In this document: positions 29,786 through 40,565 of the stretch, piece after piece
Layout of the letters: the number at the start of each line of letters is the position of its first letter
How positions within the stretch are numbered: position 1 is the stretch's first letter
DNA from: Bdellovibrionales bacterium
Lineage (GTDB): Bacteria; Bdellovibrionota; Bdellovibrionia; Bdellovibrionales; JAUICD01
Assembly: GCA_965203275.1 (NCBI GenBank)
Contig: OZ241865.1
Coordinates: forward strand, 1,728,001-1,792,000
Direction: 5' to 3'
DNA: 64,000 nt
Translations under genes and position numbers: made by a program
The notes under the pieces: generated by a model
The model's database searches: none
What the model saw: only the letters and a program-made list of their open reading frames with translations
Told to the model about the DNA's origin: nothing

Positions 29786-32083
29786 TCACATATCACAAAT
29801 CACAGGGGCATCTACAAAATCATAGACAAATCTACTTATAAGACTTTTAAAGGCAAAAGCATACTCTTGCATACTTCTATCTCCTAGAGGTTGCTGATCA
29901 AAAGTACCGTTACTAGTATGATGATGGTATCGTTGTGTCATAGTTTCTATTTTAGGATGGCAGAGTAAAGGCTTGATATAATTATTGAGAACAAAATCTT
30001 TAAGCTCTTGAGGGCTTTGAGGTTTTCGGCCATTTATTAAAACACTTTCCAACTGATCATAATAACGATCTGCTGAAACATAATAAGCTAAAATACCAAA
30101 GATATGATTTTCTATTGCAGATGCTGCAGGTCTGTTCCATTTCTTATAAGGGCGGGAATCCACTGGCCTTAGAGTTGTGAGCAAATCAATTTCTTCATAA
30201 AGCGTTAAGAAGAAATACTCCAATGGATTTCTTCCAACGTCCATTGCATTACATTCTGGATGTGGAGGATTTCTCTCTATCAATTCTACATGATGACTTT
30301 GAGTAGGTATTCTTACTATATTGGATGCTAAACAGAATATGTCTGTTCTGTGAGGTGATGCTCCAAAATAACTATAAGCTACTAACATTTCATCATAAAC
30401 ACTAGATGAAATTTGCTCGTAATTGCTTTTAGAATATATAACAGAGTGTGTTGAGTCCATAACAGAGTTACCATAATTATTCTGTGCAAAGACACTTCCT
30501 CTATAATTATGTTCAAATCCCAATGCATGACCTATTTCATGTGCAGTGATAAATTTAAGAATATTGAAAGCAAACTGATCAAAGGAGATATTAGCAGGAG
30601 GCATTCTTGAAATAAAAGGAGTATTTTTATCCATATTACCATTTCGAATAGTTTGGCCTATTTGAAACCACATTTTTAAAGATTCTATCATGCTTTGAGC
30701 TTTGAGTAGAATTGTCGATGACCATATTTCTCCTGTGTATTCATTAAAAAACTTCGAAGCGATTCCTGTATGTGCATAAAAATCAGTTGTAGGAATCCAT
30801 TCTAAGACATTAAATCTTATGTCACTTGTCACAATCTCTTGTTCTCCATCATAATCATCTGGAATAAAAGTATAAGAGAGCAAAGGTGTTGCCTCCAGCA
30901 TAGAAGCAAGAGCTGGATCAAACTTATTTGCCTGAGAAACAAACAGGGAGTTCCAATATTCAAAAGCTTGAGCAACTGGCTCGTGATATTGTGGAGGCAT
31001 TTTCTTAATATAAAAATGCTTAGTGTTGATTTGATTATTTTTAACTATTCTCCAGTGCAGTACAGAAGGTTCCAAGATAAAGATATCTTCATATAATTGG
31101 ATTAGACCTTCTTGTGTCATATTGTAAATAAGTCCATTGACAGGAGGTCTTTTGATAAATGTTTCCTCCTCGTTGAGTATATTGAACTTCATAAACCAAC
31201 GCACCTTCATTTGAGGGAAGGGTTCTGACCTCCAATGCATTTGTGAACTGACATCAAAAATTAAAGTAGAATCAGAAAAGTCAACTATAGATGTTTTAGG
31301 GTTTGGCAAGTTGGGAAATCCCAAAGAGAGATGATTTTGATTATATCCGGTAAATCTTATAGGTTCATGAGGTTTAAAAGAAGATATATGTTTTCTTGAA
31401 TTTAAGCTCTTCCCCAGTGTATTCAAATCCACGATAACAGATTGATGCCTTGGAGAAATACCTAAAACAGGTATTTGTACAGGTGTGAAGTTTCCTATAT
31501 TTTCAATACAGCCACGCTCCCTCAGGCCTGGATGGAAACAAATAGCAAATCTTAAACTACATCCTCCATTTTGCAAGCCAACAAGCTTTATTTGAACCTC
31601 TTTTACCCCCAGTATAGCATGCTTATATGCTGAAAACATAGATTGGTAACTTCGATGTTGATAGAATTCATTGCCACTATCTGAAAAGTCAATAATAGTA
31701 CCTCCAATAGCCAAAGACTGGTTCAATGCTACAAGAGGAAATCCTAGCAAGAGATTATTTTCTGACTCTATATTTGAAGATCTTCTTGAAGAAAAAGATG
31801 GCAGTTCTGTTTGGACTGTAGCAGATGGACGACTAAGAACTTCATCAAGTGTGAATTGACGGTTTTCTTGAGCATCCTTGAAAACTGGCTGGAGATCGTC
31901 TTGTGGAACACACTCTAGTATATCTTGAGAAGTAGATAAAATCTCTCGACTAAATAACATGAATGGCATTTGCTGGTCACCTAAAAGTGTAGCTTGCTCA
32001 GGGGCTATATTTTGCCCTTGTGCATGCCCTTGAGTTAATAGAAATATTTGTAAAATAAAGAAAATTCTTAAAAAGCATTTCAT
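29786..32083 (-). CDS. Secreted metzincin Zn metalloprotease (DUF4953/EcxA-like)
   Basis: HEIGHALGFEH, SVMD Met-turn, signal peptide. Confidence 0.85.
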   Translation of the reverse strand: MKCFLRIFFILQIFLLTQGHAQGQNIAPEQATLLGDQQMPFMLFSREILSTSQDILECVPQDDLQPVFKDAQENRQFTLDEVLSRPSATVQTELPSFSSRRSSNIESENNLLLGFPLVALNQSLAIGGTIIDFSDSGNEFYQHRSYQSMFSAYKHAILGVKEVQIKLVGLQNGGCSLRFAICFHPGLRERGCIENIGNFTPVQIPVLGISPRHQSVIVDLNTLGKSLNSRKHISSFKPHEPIRFTGYNQNHLSLGFPNLPNPKTSIVDFSDSTLIFDVSSQMHWRSEPFPQMKVRWFMKFNILNEEETFIKRPPVNGLIYNMTQEGLIQLYEDIFILEPSVLHWRIVKNNQINTKHFYIKKMPPQYHEPVAQAFEYWNSLFVSQANKFDPALASMLEATPLLSYTFIPDDYDGEQEIVTSDIRFNVLEWIPTTDFYAHTGIASKFFNEYTGEIWSSTILLKAQSMIESLKMWFQIGQTIRNGNMDKNTPFISRMPPANISFDQFAFNILKFITAHEIGHALGFEHNYRGSVFAQNNYGNSVMDSTHSVIYSKSNYEQISSSVYDEMLVAYSYFGASPHRTDIFCLASNIVRIPTQSHHVELIERNPPHPECNAMDVGRNPLEYFFLTLYEEIDLLTTLRPVDSRPYKKWNRPAASAIENHIFGILAYYVSADRYYDQLESVLINGRKPQSPQELKDFVLNNYIKPLLCHPKIETMTQRYHHHTSNGTFDQQPLGDRSMQEYAFAFKSLISRFVYDFVDAPVICDM

Positions 32084-32506
32084 ATTTGAGTACCTTCTTT
32101 GACATGAATGTTTATTTTAAACTAAAAATCTTTCTTGATTAAAATAATGATATAGACTTATATATTGAAAACAAAATAAAAATTCATATATTTAAAATTA
32201 AAATTTGTTATTGAAATTTAATTATTGAAGTTTTATAGATATAAATGCTAAATAACCACACAATAAGCCTATTTATATGAAAACTTCACAGAAAAAAGAA
32301 AATATAGTTTCAGGGCTTATTTTTATTGCAGTGTGTTATTTTTGTATTCACAAAGCTGTTTTGTTCAGATAAATATATTATTCATTTTGTAGAATGAATA
32401 GCCATTTCAAATGAAATGTGTCAGTTATGGTTGTTTTTTCACTGAGCTGAAACAACCTGATGATGGGTTAAGAGATATGATAAGGAGTTGATAAACATTA
32501 AAAAGC

Positions 32507-32995
32507 ATGAAAGCACGTCAGATACCTCCTCAATATTTACCTCAATGTTGGCTGATGAAGTCAGAACCCGGCAATTATTCCATTGATGATCTCAAAAAGG
32601 ATAAAACTTGCTTATGGGATGGGGTTCGCAATTATCAAGCACGCAACTTTATGATGAAAGACATGCAGAAAGGAGATCGTGTTTTATTTTACCACTCTAA
32701 TACTAAGCCCCCTGCCATTGTTGGATTAGCTCAAATAGTTTCAAAGCATGCTATCCCTGATCCCACACAGTTCGACCCTCAAAGCCAATATTTTGATGCA
32801 AAGGCTACAGAAGAAAAACCTATTTGGTACTGTGTTCGAGTGCAATTTCAAAAAAAACTGCAAAAACCTATTTTACTCTCTGACATGAAATCTCATAAAG
32901 GATTAAAAAATCTTTGGGTTATTAAAAAAGGCATGAGGTTATCAATACAACCTGTCAGTAAAAAAGACTATCAAACCCTGCTGGCTTTATGTTAA
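32507..32995 (+). CDS. EVE domain protein
   Basis: WLMKSEP, WDGVRNYQARN, FYHSN and RLSIQPV motifs. Confidence 0.95.
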   Translation: MKARQIPPQYLPQCWLMKSEPGNYSIDDLKKDKTCLWDGVRNYQARNFMMKDMQKGDRVLFYHSNTKPPAIVGLAQIVSKHAIPDPTQFDPQSQYFDAKATEEKPIWYCVRVQFQKKLQKPILLSDMKSHKGLKNLWVIKKGMRLSIQPVSKKDYQTLLALC

Positions 32996-33002
32996 AGCAG
33001 AC

Positions 33003-33262
33003 TAGAGGAAAGCGACGTTATTTTCTTAACAGACGATAAAATAATCGGGCCACGATGGGCCGTGCCTCACTGGTTTCAAAAGGGATGTTTGTCTTTAATC
33101 GGTGGAGAGAAAGGTCGTGGCAAATCGACTTTTGTTATTAACTTAATCGTAAGGAATTCAAATAATCCTAGAAAGAGAAGCCGAAAACAAAGAATTAAAC
33201 ACTTCTGTTATCAAGAAACTGGCAATAGCTCGTGGAGTTTCTACTTATCATCTAAGATATAA
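33003..33262 (+). pseudogene. AAA_25/RepA-like helicase fragment
   Basis: PRWAVPHWFQKGCLSLIGGEKGRGKST Walker A context, then degenerates. Confidence 0.55.
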
Positions 33263-33747
33263 ATTAGACTGGAAAAGTTTAGGCTATTATGAGGAGAGAG
33301 TGGGATTTGGTGATCAATTCAGATTAATACTCAAAAAAGAGCTAATTAGCTAATATCCAAATATGATATGCCAGACCTGCCGGACCTGGGAAAATGATCA
33401 AAATATATGATTCTCTAATATATATTAATATGAATAACTGCAATAGGTTAGAGAAAAGTGACGTTTTACGTCAAGGTATGTAAGGTATTCCTATTTATTC
33501 CGGCCTATCAGTACCAAAGTGCCATGTGTTGCATTGTGTCGAGGCGTTTGACATACCTTAGTCTATTTGGTATAATTAATGTATGTTTATATAGGATTAA
33601 CTAATTTAACCAGGATGGTTTATGATCGCTGATAATGAAGAGCTAACTATTCCGACGAAGTGTCTGTAAAAAACTTAGGTTTCGATTCAATAAAGCTTTT
33701 TTTAGATGGTGATGATAAAGTAAGTGGTGAGGAACTGCAAAAAGTAA

Positions 33748-33963
33748 TTGGTGAGTGCGTTAGGGGACTTCTTTTATCTTTTAGTCAAAATAAAAGAACT
33801 TCAGGCCTTAAAAGGAGTGAGAGATATAACGGATGATAATAACGTGAGATTTTTAGGGCAAGAGATAATAGAGTTATTTTTAGCTGGTAAAGTTGACAAT
33901 AAAGATATGCAAAAAAAAATTGGAAAAATAGTAAATGAGATTTTAAATCAAAAAACTATATGA
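33748..33963 (+). CDS. Hypothetical protein or fragment in decayed island
   Basis: 71-aa ORF. Confidence 0.35.
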   Translation: MVSALGDFFYLLVKIKELQALKGVRDITDDNNVRFLGQEIIELFLAGKVDNKDMQKKIGKIVNEILNQKTI

Positions 33964-34286
33964 GGTGAGTATTATGAAAAAATATATTAGAAAATATTTA
34001 AGGCCTATTTTATTAGATAAGACCTTTTTTCTTTGGTCTTTTCTTAAGGTCATATTCGATGACATAAATCAATCAATATTTGATAAGTTAGAGAAGACTC
34101 TCATAACTTTTTTCTTTCCTTTTATTAAGACATAACCTCTTTTTCTTTAATTGTGGAAAATTCCACTAAACCTATTTATTCAATATACCGATATAGATTC
34201 TAGCAGTCCAGTCCATGCCTTAAATTCACAGCTTGCCTGATAAATAAGAACATGGATGCATGAAAAATAAAACCTAGGAGGATATT

Positions 34287-34640
34287 ATGAGTGACAATCA
34301 ATCAATGCATATAGAGGATACTCCAAAGAATGGAGATTCGGCAGGACATAGACAAATATCACAAAAAAATACGGATGAAAAAATTTTTTCACAAAAAGAA
34401 GTCTTAAATTTTTCTTATGGAATTTTAAGCAATCTTCTTCTTCTTCTTGTAGTTGGTGTAGTTAGCGTTGCAGGAAGTTTGTTTTTTATCGGCAACATGT
34501 TTACTGCTCCTATTAAAGAGGAAATAACTGAAATTAAAGTGCAAATAAATGGAATTGAAACAAAGATTGATAATATGGCTGAACAAAACAAAAAATTTCA
34601 AGAGGATGCAATGGCAATTATTGAAGCTTCAAATAATTGA
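34287..34640 (+). CDS. Single-TM plus coiled-coil protein (paralog of 16351-16635)
   Basis: AGGAGG RBS; KIDNMAEQNKKFQ...EASNN tail. Confidence 0.75.
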   Translation: MSDNQSMHIEDTPKNGDSAGHRQISQKNTDEKIFSQKEVLNFSYGILSNLLLLLVVGVVSVAGSLFFIGNMFTAPIKEEITEIKVQINGIETKIDNMAEQNKKFQEDAMAIIEASNN

Positions 34641-34685
34641 CTTTATAAGTGGATATGAAAACTAAAGTTTCCATGATTCCATATT

Positions 34686-34716
34686 AAAAGAGGCCACTTG
34701 TGGTCTCTTTTTTTTT
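34686..34716 (+). terminator. Rho-independent terminator
   Basis: AAAAGAGGCCAC-TT-GTGGTCTCTTTTTTTTT. Confidence 0.75.
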
Positions 34717-34842
34717 AAAGTTTCATAACATCCATACCACATATAAGTATAAACTTCCACGGTTTAAAAGAGGGCTATTTAGGTGCTGTGCAAATTTCTT
34801 TTAAGATATTAGCTTCTGATTGTTTTTAAGGTGTTCTTTTGT

Positions 34843-35865
34843 CTACTTTTGTCTAAAAGATAATCCGCTATGTGAAATGGTCTTTGCAATCAAGCTTGTG
34901 GGGCTATGTTTTTTCACATCTGAAAGGGGTACCCATTTTGGGGCATCTGTTTTATTTAGTTTTTCTTGAAAATTTTTTGAAGGTAAAGGATGTATTCGCA
35001 CATAAATATTATGATGAGTAATGGTATGTTTAAAATCAAATTTTTCAGGAGCTGTTTTTACTTTTTTCATGGGACCAGGCCATATCCATTGATTTTTTAA
35101 GAAGCTCTTTTGATGATTTTTCACTAATAATACTTTGCCTTTTTGCATACAAATTGATGGCCTCCAAAGCCATGGCTCAAGTTTTCGCCTTAGCCGAACC
35201 AACGGCAGTTTTTGTGCTTGACCTGATTGATAGGCTTTGCATTTTTTCCTTACAGGGCAGGATGGACAAATAGGGGATTGAGGTAAACAGACAGTAGCTC
35301 CTATTTCTATCAAGGCTTGGTTGATGTCGGCAACATGGCCATCATTAGCATACTGATCAGCAATAACTTGGAAAACCTTACGTCCTTGGCTGGTCCACCA
35401 TTTTTCTTTGATCAAATGGCATCGAGATAAAAAACGAATCACATTGCCATCTAAAACACCTGTCTTTTGACCAAAGGCAAAGCTGGCAATGGCTCTAGCT
35501 GTATATGGGCCAATTCCTGGTAGAGTAATAAGTTTCTGCCAAGTTTGAGGAAATTTTCCATTGTATTTTTGGTAAATGATTTGAGCTGTTTTATGTATAT
35601 TTTTAGCCCTTTGATAATAACCCAAGCCACTCCAAGATTCTAATATCTCGCCTTCTTGAGCTAAGGCCAGGTATTTTAAAGAGGGAAATCTTTTTAAAAA
35701 AGCTTTATAATAAGGTATGACAGCAACAGAAGTCGTTTGTTGCAACATCACTTCAGCAATCCATATTCTATAAGGGTGTAAAGATTTGTTATAAGGGAGC
35801 TTTCTCCAAGGAAGCTCGCGTTTGTTCTGCCAATACCAATCTAAAAGCAAGGTTTTCTGTATCAT
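34843..35865 (-). CDS. mutY: A/G-specific adenine glycosylase
   Basis: EVMLQQT, WSGLGYY, LPGIGPYTA HhH motif, DGNV, 4-Cys Fe-S cluster. Confidence 0.95.
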   Translation of the reverse strand: MIQKTLLLDWYWQNKRELPWRKLPYNKSLHPYRIWIAEVMLQQTTSVAVIPYYKAFLKRFPSLKYLALAQEGEILESWSGLGYYQRAKNIHKTAQIIYQKYNGKFPQTWQKLITLPGIGPYTARAIASFAFGQKTGVLDGNVIRFLSRCHLIKEKWWTSQGRKVFQVIADQYANDGHVADINQALIEIGATVCLPQSPICPSCPVRKKCKAYQSGQAQKLPLVRLRRKLEPWLWRPSICMQKGKVLLVKNHQKSFLKNQWIWPGPMKKVKTAPEKFDFKHTITHHNIYVRIHPLPSKNFQEKLNKTDAPKWVPLSDVKKHSPTSLIAKTISHSGLSFRQK

Positions 35866-36157
35866 TTTGGTTCAATCCTTTCGCTCTAAACGCAAATCAT
35901 CTAAAAAATAAAGATTTTTTACCAATATCTTAAATAAATTCATATAGTTCAAGCTGATCCAGTCTTCAACATAATAAAAAACATACCTTATAAGCATTTT
36001 TAAATACAAACGAAAGTATGGTTTTTTTCTAAAAAATGCGAAATACATAAAAAAACCTAAGCTTTTATACCCAATAAGACGATAGAGATATGAAGTGTAT
36101 ACACTCTATCAATCAAACCATTTATTAATATTTAATATTATTAATAGGATTCTTATA

Positions 36158-37804
36158 ATGAAATTTTCAAATGCAGGAGCTATATGTATAGGAATTTGCT
36201 TTTTATTTACAGATATCCAAGCACAAGATGTTTCAGTTGATAGGATACAAAGACAAATCAACACCAACCAAGTACAGATAGATCGACTCAACGAAGATAT
36301 AGGCCGTCAGGCAGAATCACTTATGAAAGCAAGAGATGGAACTTCTATCCTGTTTACTAGTTGTATGAGACGTTGTGATAGTCATACTGATAGCTTTTGG
36401 AATCGATTGAGAAGAAGAGGTTCAAGTTGTAAAAATAATTGTCGAAAAGAAAGACGTGAACAAATAACTCAATTAGAAGAATCTCTTAAAAAAGCCAGAG
36501 AAGATCTCGCACAATTTCAAGATCAAAAGAACACATTAGAAGTTCAGCTGAGGACTCATCAGCGACTCGTTCAATGCCGTCAAAGACAACAAGAACTTGC
36601 AAATATTCAAGCAATTCTCAATGCAGAAGAAATGAAAATCAACCAAGAAATTGATTATAACGAAGGTCCATCCCAATGTCATGCAGGAAACTCATGGTTT
36701 CAGGCACAAATTCCTGCCTCTCACGATGAGGCAGATTTTGATCAAAGCCTTGATCGTAGGTGTACCTATCGTATTTTAAAGGACTATACAAGGTGTGATA
36801 CAAAACGGCAATGCTATGTCAAATGTGATGGCAGACCACCAGAAAATGACACTAGACCAGAATACACATCTACACCCCCCTGTGTATCAAGACGCTTTCA
36901 TAATTATGTACACAATACCATTACAGAGATATCTTCTTGTCTTCAATTAGACCCTAAAATTTTGTTTTCCCTTTTCCTTAATGAAAGTGGGGTACATCCT
37001 TTAAGAAGAAGTCACACAAATGCAGTGGGGGCAGGACAGATGACAAGTGTTTTTATTGAAGATATTGGTAGTATCCGATGTAGCAGAAGAGTAAATAATC
37101 AATGTGTTGACACAAAACCCAGTTTGTTTGATGAATATATAAATGAAACATTGCCAGCTCTCAGTAAAAATCCACTCACAGGCAGTGCCTGTCAGTCTGT
37201 TTTAAACAAGGTGAGTAGCTTTGGGAAAGTAAAAACCATCCCTGCTGCCTGTCAAAGAACAAATCACTATATGAATGTGTATTATTCAGCTATTCATTTG
37301 ATTCGTTCAATGGATTTCATTATCCCTAAAGTCTTAAGAAGTAGAGGAAAAAGAAATATGCCTATACCAGAGAACAGCTCCTTTCGACATGCTCTTGGGT
37401 CTGGATTATTGGGTGAAGATTCTCGCAAAACCATAGAAAACTTAGCTAAATTTCAAGCAATAGATGTTAATGATCGCAATATCATTATAGAAGCTTCATT
37501 GTACTCACATATTATGCCTGTTACTCGTTACATGTTTTCTGAATACATTAATAATGAAGGGCTTCCTCAGAGATTTAAGGATTTTACTGGTACTCAAGGA
37601 GGATGGGTTTCTTTTTTAAAAACACGTAGAGATCGTATATCTTCTCAGGAGGCGATACAAAACCAAGTCATACAATATATATATCGGCCCAATGCAAGGT
37701 CTGGTTCTTCTGGAATGATGAAAGAAAAAATGAATAAGGTAGAAGAGGCTAACGAAGATTTATTCAGAGAAAAAATTAGCTGTCGACCTTATTATGATAC
37801 TTAA
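36158..37804 (+). CDS. Secreted coiled-coil, Cys-rich protein with lytic transglycosylase-like domain
   Basis: Signal peptide; NESG...AVGAGQM resembles SLT motifs I/II. Confidence 0.6.
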   Translation: MKFSNAGAICIGICFLFTDIQAQDVSVDRIQRQINTNQVQIDRLNEDIGRQAESLMKARDGTSILFTSCMRRCDSHTDSFWNRLRRRGSSCKNNCRKERREQITQLEESLKKAREDLAQFQDQKNTLEVQLRTHQRLVQCRQRQQELANIQAILNAEEMKINQEIDYNEGPSQCHAGNSWFQAQIPASHDEADFDQSLDRRCTYRILKDYTRCDTKRQCYVKCDGRPPENDTRPEYTSTPPCVSRRFHNYVHNTITEISSCLQLDPKILFSLFLNESGVHPLRRSHTNAVGAGQMTSVFIEDIGSIRCSRRVNNQCVDTKPSLFDEYINETLPALSKNPLTGSACQSVLNKVSSFGKVKTIPAACQRTNHYMNVYYSAIHLIRSMDFIIPKVLRSRGKRNMPIPENSSFRHALGSGLLGEDSRKTIENLAKFQAIDVNDRNIIIEASLYSHIMPVTRYMFSEYINNEGLPQRFKDFTGTQGGWVSFLKTRRDRISSQEAIQNQVIQYIYRPNARSGSSGMMKEKMNKVEEANEDLFREKISCRPYYDT

Positions 37805-37855
37805 TTTTTTAAATTTAAAATTGACAATCCTGTAAAGATAAACTTCAATAAAATA

Positions 37856-38305
37856 ATGGAAAGAATATCTTTATTGTCTCTTCTTTTATTTATAAGTCTT
37901 ATAAGTAGCTTAACAACTTACGCAAGTGCTTACAACAACAAGTCGCTAACTACTGATATTACAAATACTTATCAAGCTCTTTTGCAAAAAAAGCAAATAA
38001 AAAATCGTGTAGGACTTGTGGACCGTCTTGTAAAAAAGGCATCCGATGAACGTAAAAAAATTCTTAAAAAAGATAAAAAAAACGACGCAGATGTTTTAAT
38101 GAGCTTTCATGTGAATATTCTCAAAGAGTTTTATGACGATATAGATAAAACAAATTCTACAACTTGTATAAGAAGTTTTAGCCGACTGAAGCATACTCTT
38201 TACCCTACCAAGTTTGAGAAAAATCAAAGAAATATGTTGCCTTTTCAAAAGTCTGTTTATAATCTTTATGGCAAGATGTGCTTGTTAGAATTTGAGACTT
38301 TGTAA
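37856..38305 (+). CDS. Secreted hypothetical protein
   Basis: 149-aa ORF with signal peptide. Confidence 0.7.
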   Translation: MERISLLSLLLFISLISSLTTYASAYNNKSLTTDITNTYQALLQKKQIKNRVGLVDRLVKKASDERKKILKKDKKNDADVLMSFHVNILKEFYDDIDKTNSTTCIRSFSRLKHTLYPTKFEKNQRNMLPFQKSVYNLYGKMCLLEFETL

Positions 38306-38417
38306 TTGGCTTCATTCAAAACAGTTGAATGTTTGCTTTGCATTGTCTTTACAATACAATATTGACAATGTTTTCACAATGTGATCATTTTATATTATTA
38401 GGTACAAGGAGGTTATT

Positions 38418-39866
38418 TTGTTGTCATCACCATCATCTGAAAAAACTGAAAAAAATACAATAGACTTGCAAAAAAAAGCTACACCCACACATTTGAATCA
38501 AGCTGATCATATAAAAGAAAAGCATACCCATATTCAAGTAGGTCATTTAGACTTTCAAGTCTGCAAAAAAGCTATGGAAGATCCTGCTGAATTTCAGAAA
38601 CTAGCTGTTTGGGGGCGTAAAGAAATATCTATTGCTGAAACAGAAATGCCTGGCCTAATGGCTCTTAGAAAAGAGCTAGAACAAACACAACCTCTTAAAG
38701 GTGCTAGAATAACTGGATGCCTTCACACAACCATTCAAACAGCCGTCCTTATTGAAACCTTAACAGCATTAGGGGCTCAAGTGAGGTGGTCGTCTTGTAA
38801 TATATTCTCAACCCAAGACCATGCAGCTGTAGCTTTGGCTGCTACAGGTATTCCTGTCTTTGCATGGAAGGGTGAGACAGAGGAGGAATATCATTGGTGT
38901 ATCCAACAAACTGTTGAAGGATGGGGTAATGAAGGTTTTAATCTCATACTAGACGATGGAGGTGATCTTACATCTTTTGTTCATCAAGACACATACAAGC
39001 ATCTCATTTCTCAAATTATTGGTATTTCAGAAGAAACCACTACAGGTGTTCAACAAGCTTTAAAAAAAATAAAAGAGGGTCATTTCAAATTACCTGTCAT
39101 TGATGTCAACACTTCTGTCACAAAGTCTAAGTTTGATAATCTTTATGGTTGTCGAGAATCTTTAGCTGATGGCATTAAACGGGCTACAGATGTGATGATT
39201 GCAGGTAAGGTCGTCCTTGTTGCAGGTTATGGGGCTGTAGGTAAAGGGTGTGCCTCTAGTATGAGATCGCTAGGTGCTAGAGTTCTCATCACAGAATGTG
39301 ATCCTATTTGTGCCTTGCAAGCTAGTATGGAAGGTTTTGAAGTAGTGGATATGAATGCAGTTGTCCATCAAGTAGATATTTTTGTCACAGCTACCGGTTG
39401 TTGTGATATCATTACAGGTCAACATTTTGAAAAAATGAAACAAAATGCCATTGTTTGTAATATTGGACACTTTGATACAGAAATTGACATGAAGTGGCTG
39501 AATGAAAATTCTCAAAAAGAAGTTATTAAAGATCAAGTCGATCATCATACTCTTAAAAGTGGACAGAAAATTATTGTACTAGCAGAAGGTCGGCTTGTGA
39601 ATTTAGGTTGTGGGACAGGTCATCCTTCTTTTGTGATGAGTCACTCTTTTTGCAATCAAGTGATGGCACAGATCGAGCTTTTTGGAAACCAAGACAAATA
39701 TAAAAAAGTAAATATTTACACCTTACCTAAGTCCACTGATGAAAAGATTGCCCGGCTACATCTTAAAAAATTAGGTGTCTATCTGACACAGCTCACACCT
39801 CAACAGGCAAAATACTTAGGCCTATCTCCTCATGGTCCTTTCAAATCAGATAGCTATAAATACTAA
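38418..39866 (+). CDS. ahcY: Adenosylhomocysteinase
   Basis: [25 protein letters not shown] and [14 protein letters not shown] motifs. Confidence 0.97.
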   Translation: MLSSPSSEKTEKNTIDLQKKATPTHLNQADHIKEKHTHIQVGHLDFQVCKKAMEDPAEFQKLAVWGRKEISIAETEMPGLMALRKELEQTQPLKGARITGCLHTTIQTAVLIETLTALGAQVRWSSCNIFSTQDHAAVALAATGIPVFAWKGETEEEYHWCIQQTVEGWGNEGFNLILDDGGDLTSFVHQDTYKHLISQIIGISEETTTGVQQALKKIKEGHFKLPVIDVNTSVTKSKFDNLYGCRESLADGIKRATDVMIAGKVVLVAGYGAVGKGCASSMRSLGARVLITECDPICALQASMEGFEVVDMNAVVHQVDIFVTATGCCDIITGQHFEKMKQNAIVCNIGHFDTEIDMKWLNENSQKEVIKDQVDHHTLKSGQKIIVLAEGRLVNLGCGTGHPSFVMSHSFCNQVMAQIELFGNQDKYKKVNIYTLPKSTDEKIARLHLKKLGVYLTQLTPQQAKYLGLSPHGPFKSDSYKY

Positions 39867-39966
39867 AGTGTGTTGATAAAGTGATCCTTGTGTAAAATTT
39901 TGTTTATAGAGTGATAGTTATTCTAAATGATCACTTAAGATGATCATCAACTGTTAAAGCCAACGA

Positions 39967-40194
39967 ATGAAAAATTTAAAAAAAACACTACATTCTCGAA
40001 AATCATTATTTATAGGACTAGGCTTTGAGATAACAGGGATGGTCTTAGCAGGTTTCTTTTTAGGTCAAAGCATTGGTCAACTTCTAGGACATCAGGATTT
40101 AGGTGCAGCCATTGGTTGCTTCGCCGGCTTTATTATTTGGCTCTTACATGTTTTGTTTTTAATCTATCCCCGATCTCATCAAAACAAAAAGTAG
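39967..40194 (+). CDS. AtpZ/AtpI (ATPase gene 1)-like two-TM protein
   Basis: GLGFEI.G...GFFLG pattern, two TM helices. Confidence 0.55.
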   Translation: MKNLKKTLHSRKSLFIGLGFEITGMVLAGFFLGQSIGQLLGHQDLGAAIGCFAGFIIWLLHVLFLIYPRSHQNKK

Positions 40195-40565
40195 TCTTCA
40201 ACTTATCAGAAAGTATCCTTAAAGTGATTATTTATTAAACACAGTTATTTTTTTGACAAAAAAATTGTCTTTTGATCTGACCTTTGTTTTATTTATCAAC
40301 ACAAAAATTCTTTAAAACAGATGATGCTTTTGTCTTGTTTTACTCATAAAAATTACAGACTTCTATATCAAGAGATATTCACTTATAGATAGGATTTTGT
40401 CGACCTTATGATGTAAAAACACATAAGATGAGTCATTTTTTTTCATAGAGAGCTTAATGTGGCCTTGATCTTGCCTTTTCTATTTACAAGGAGTTTTTTA
40501 TTGAGACTCATTTTTGAGTAAAAAAATTGATAATAAATAATAATTAATAATGATGAGGTGTTACC

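Noticed and set aside
38306..38417. SAH/SAM riboswitch upstream of ahcY
   Set aside because: The leader is AT-rich with no recognisable conserved structure.
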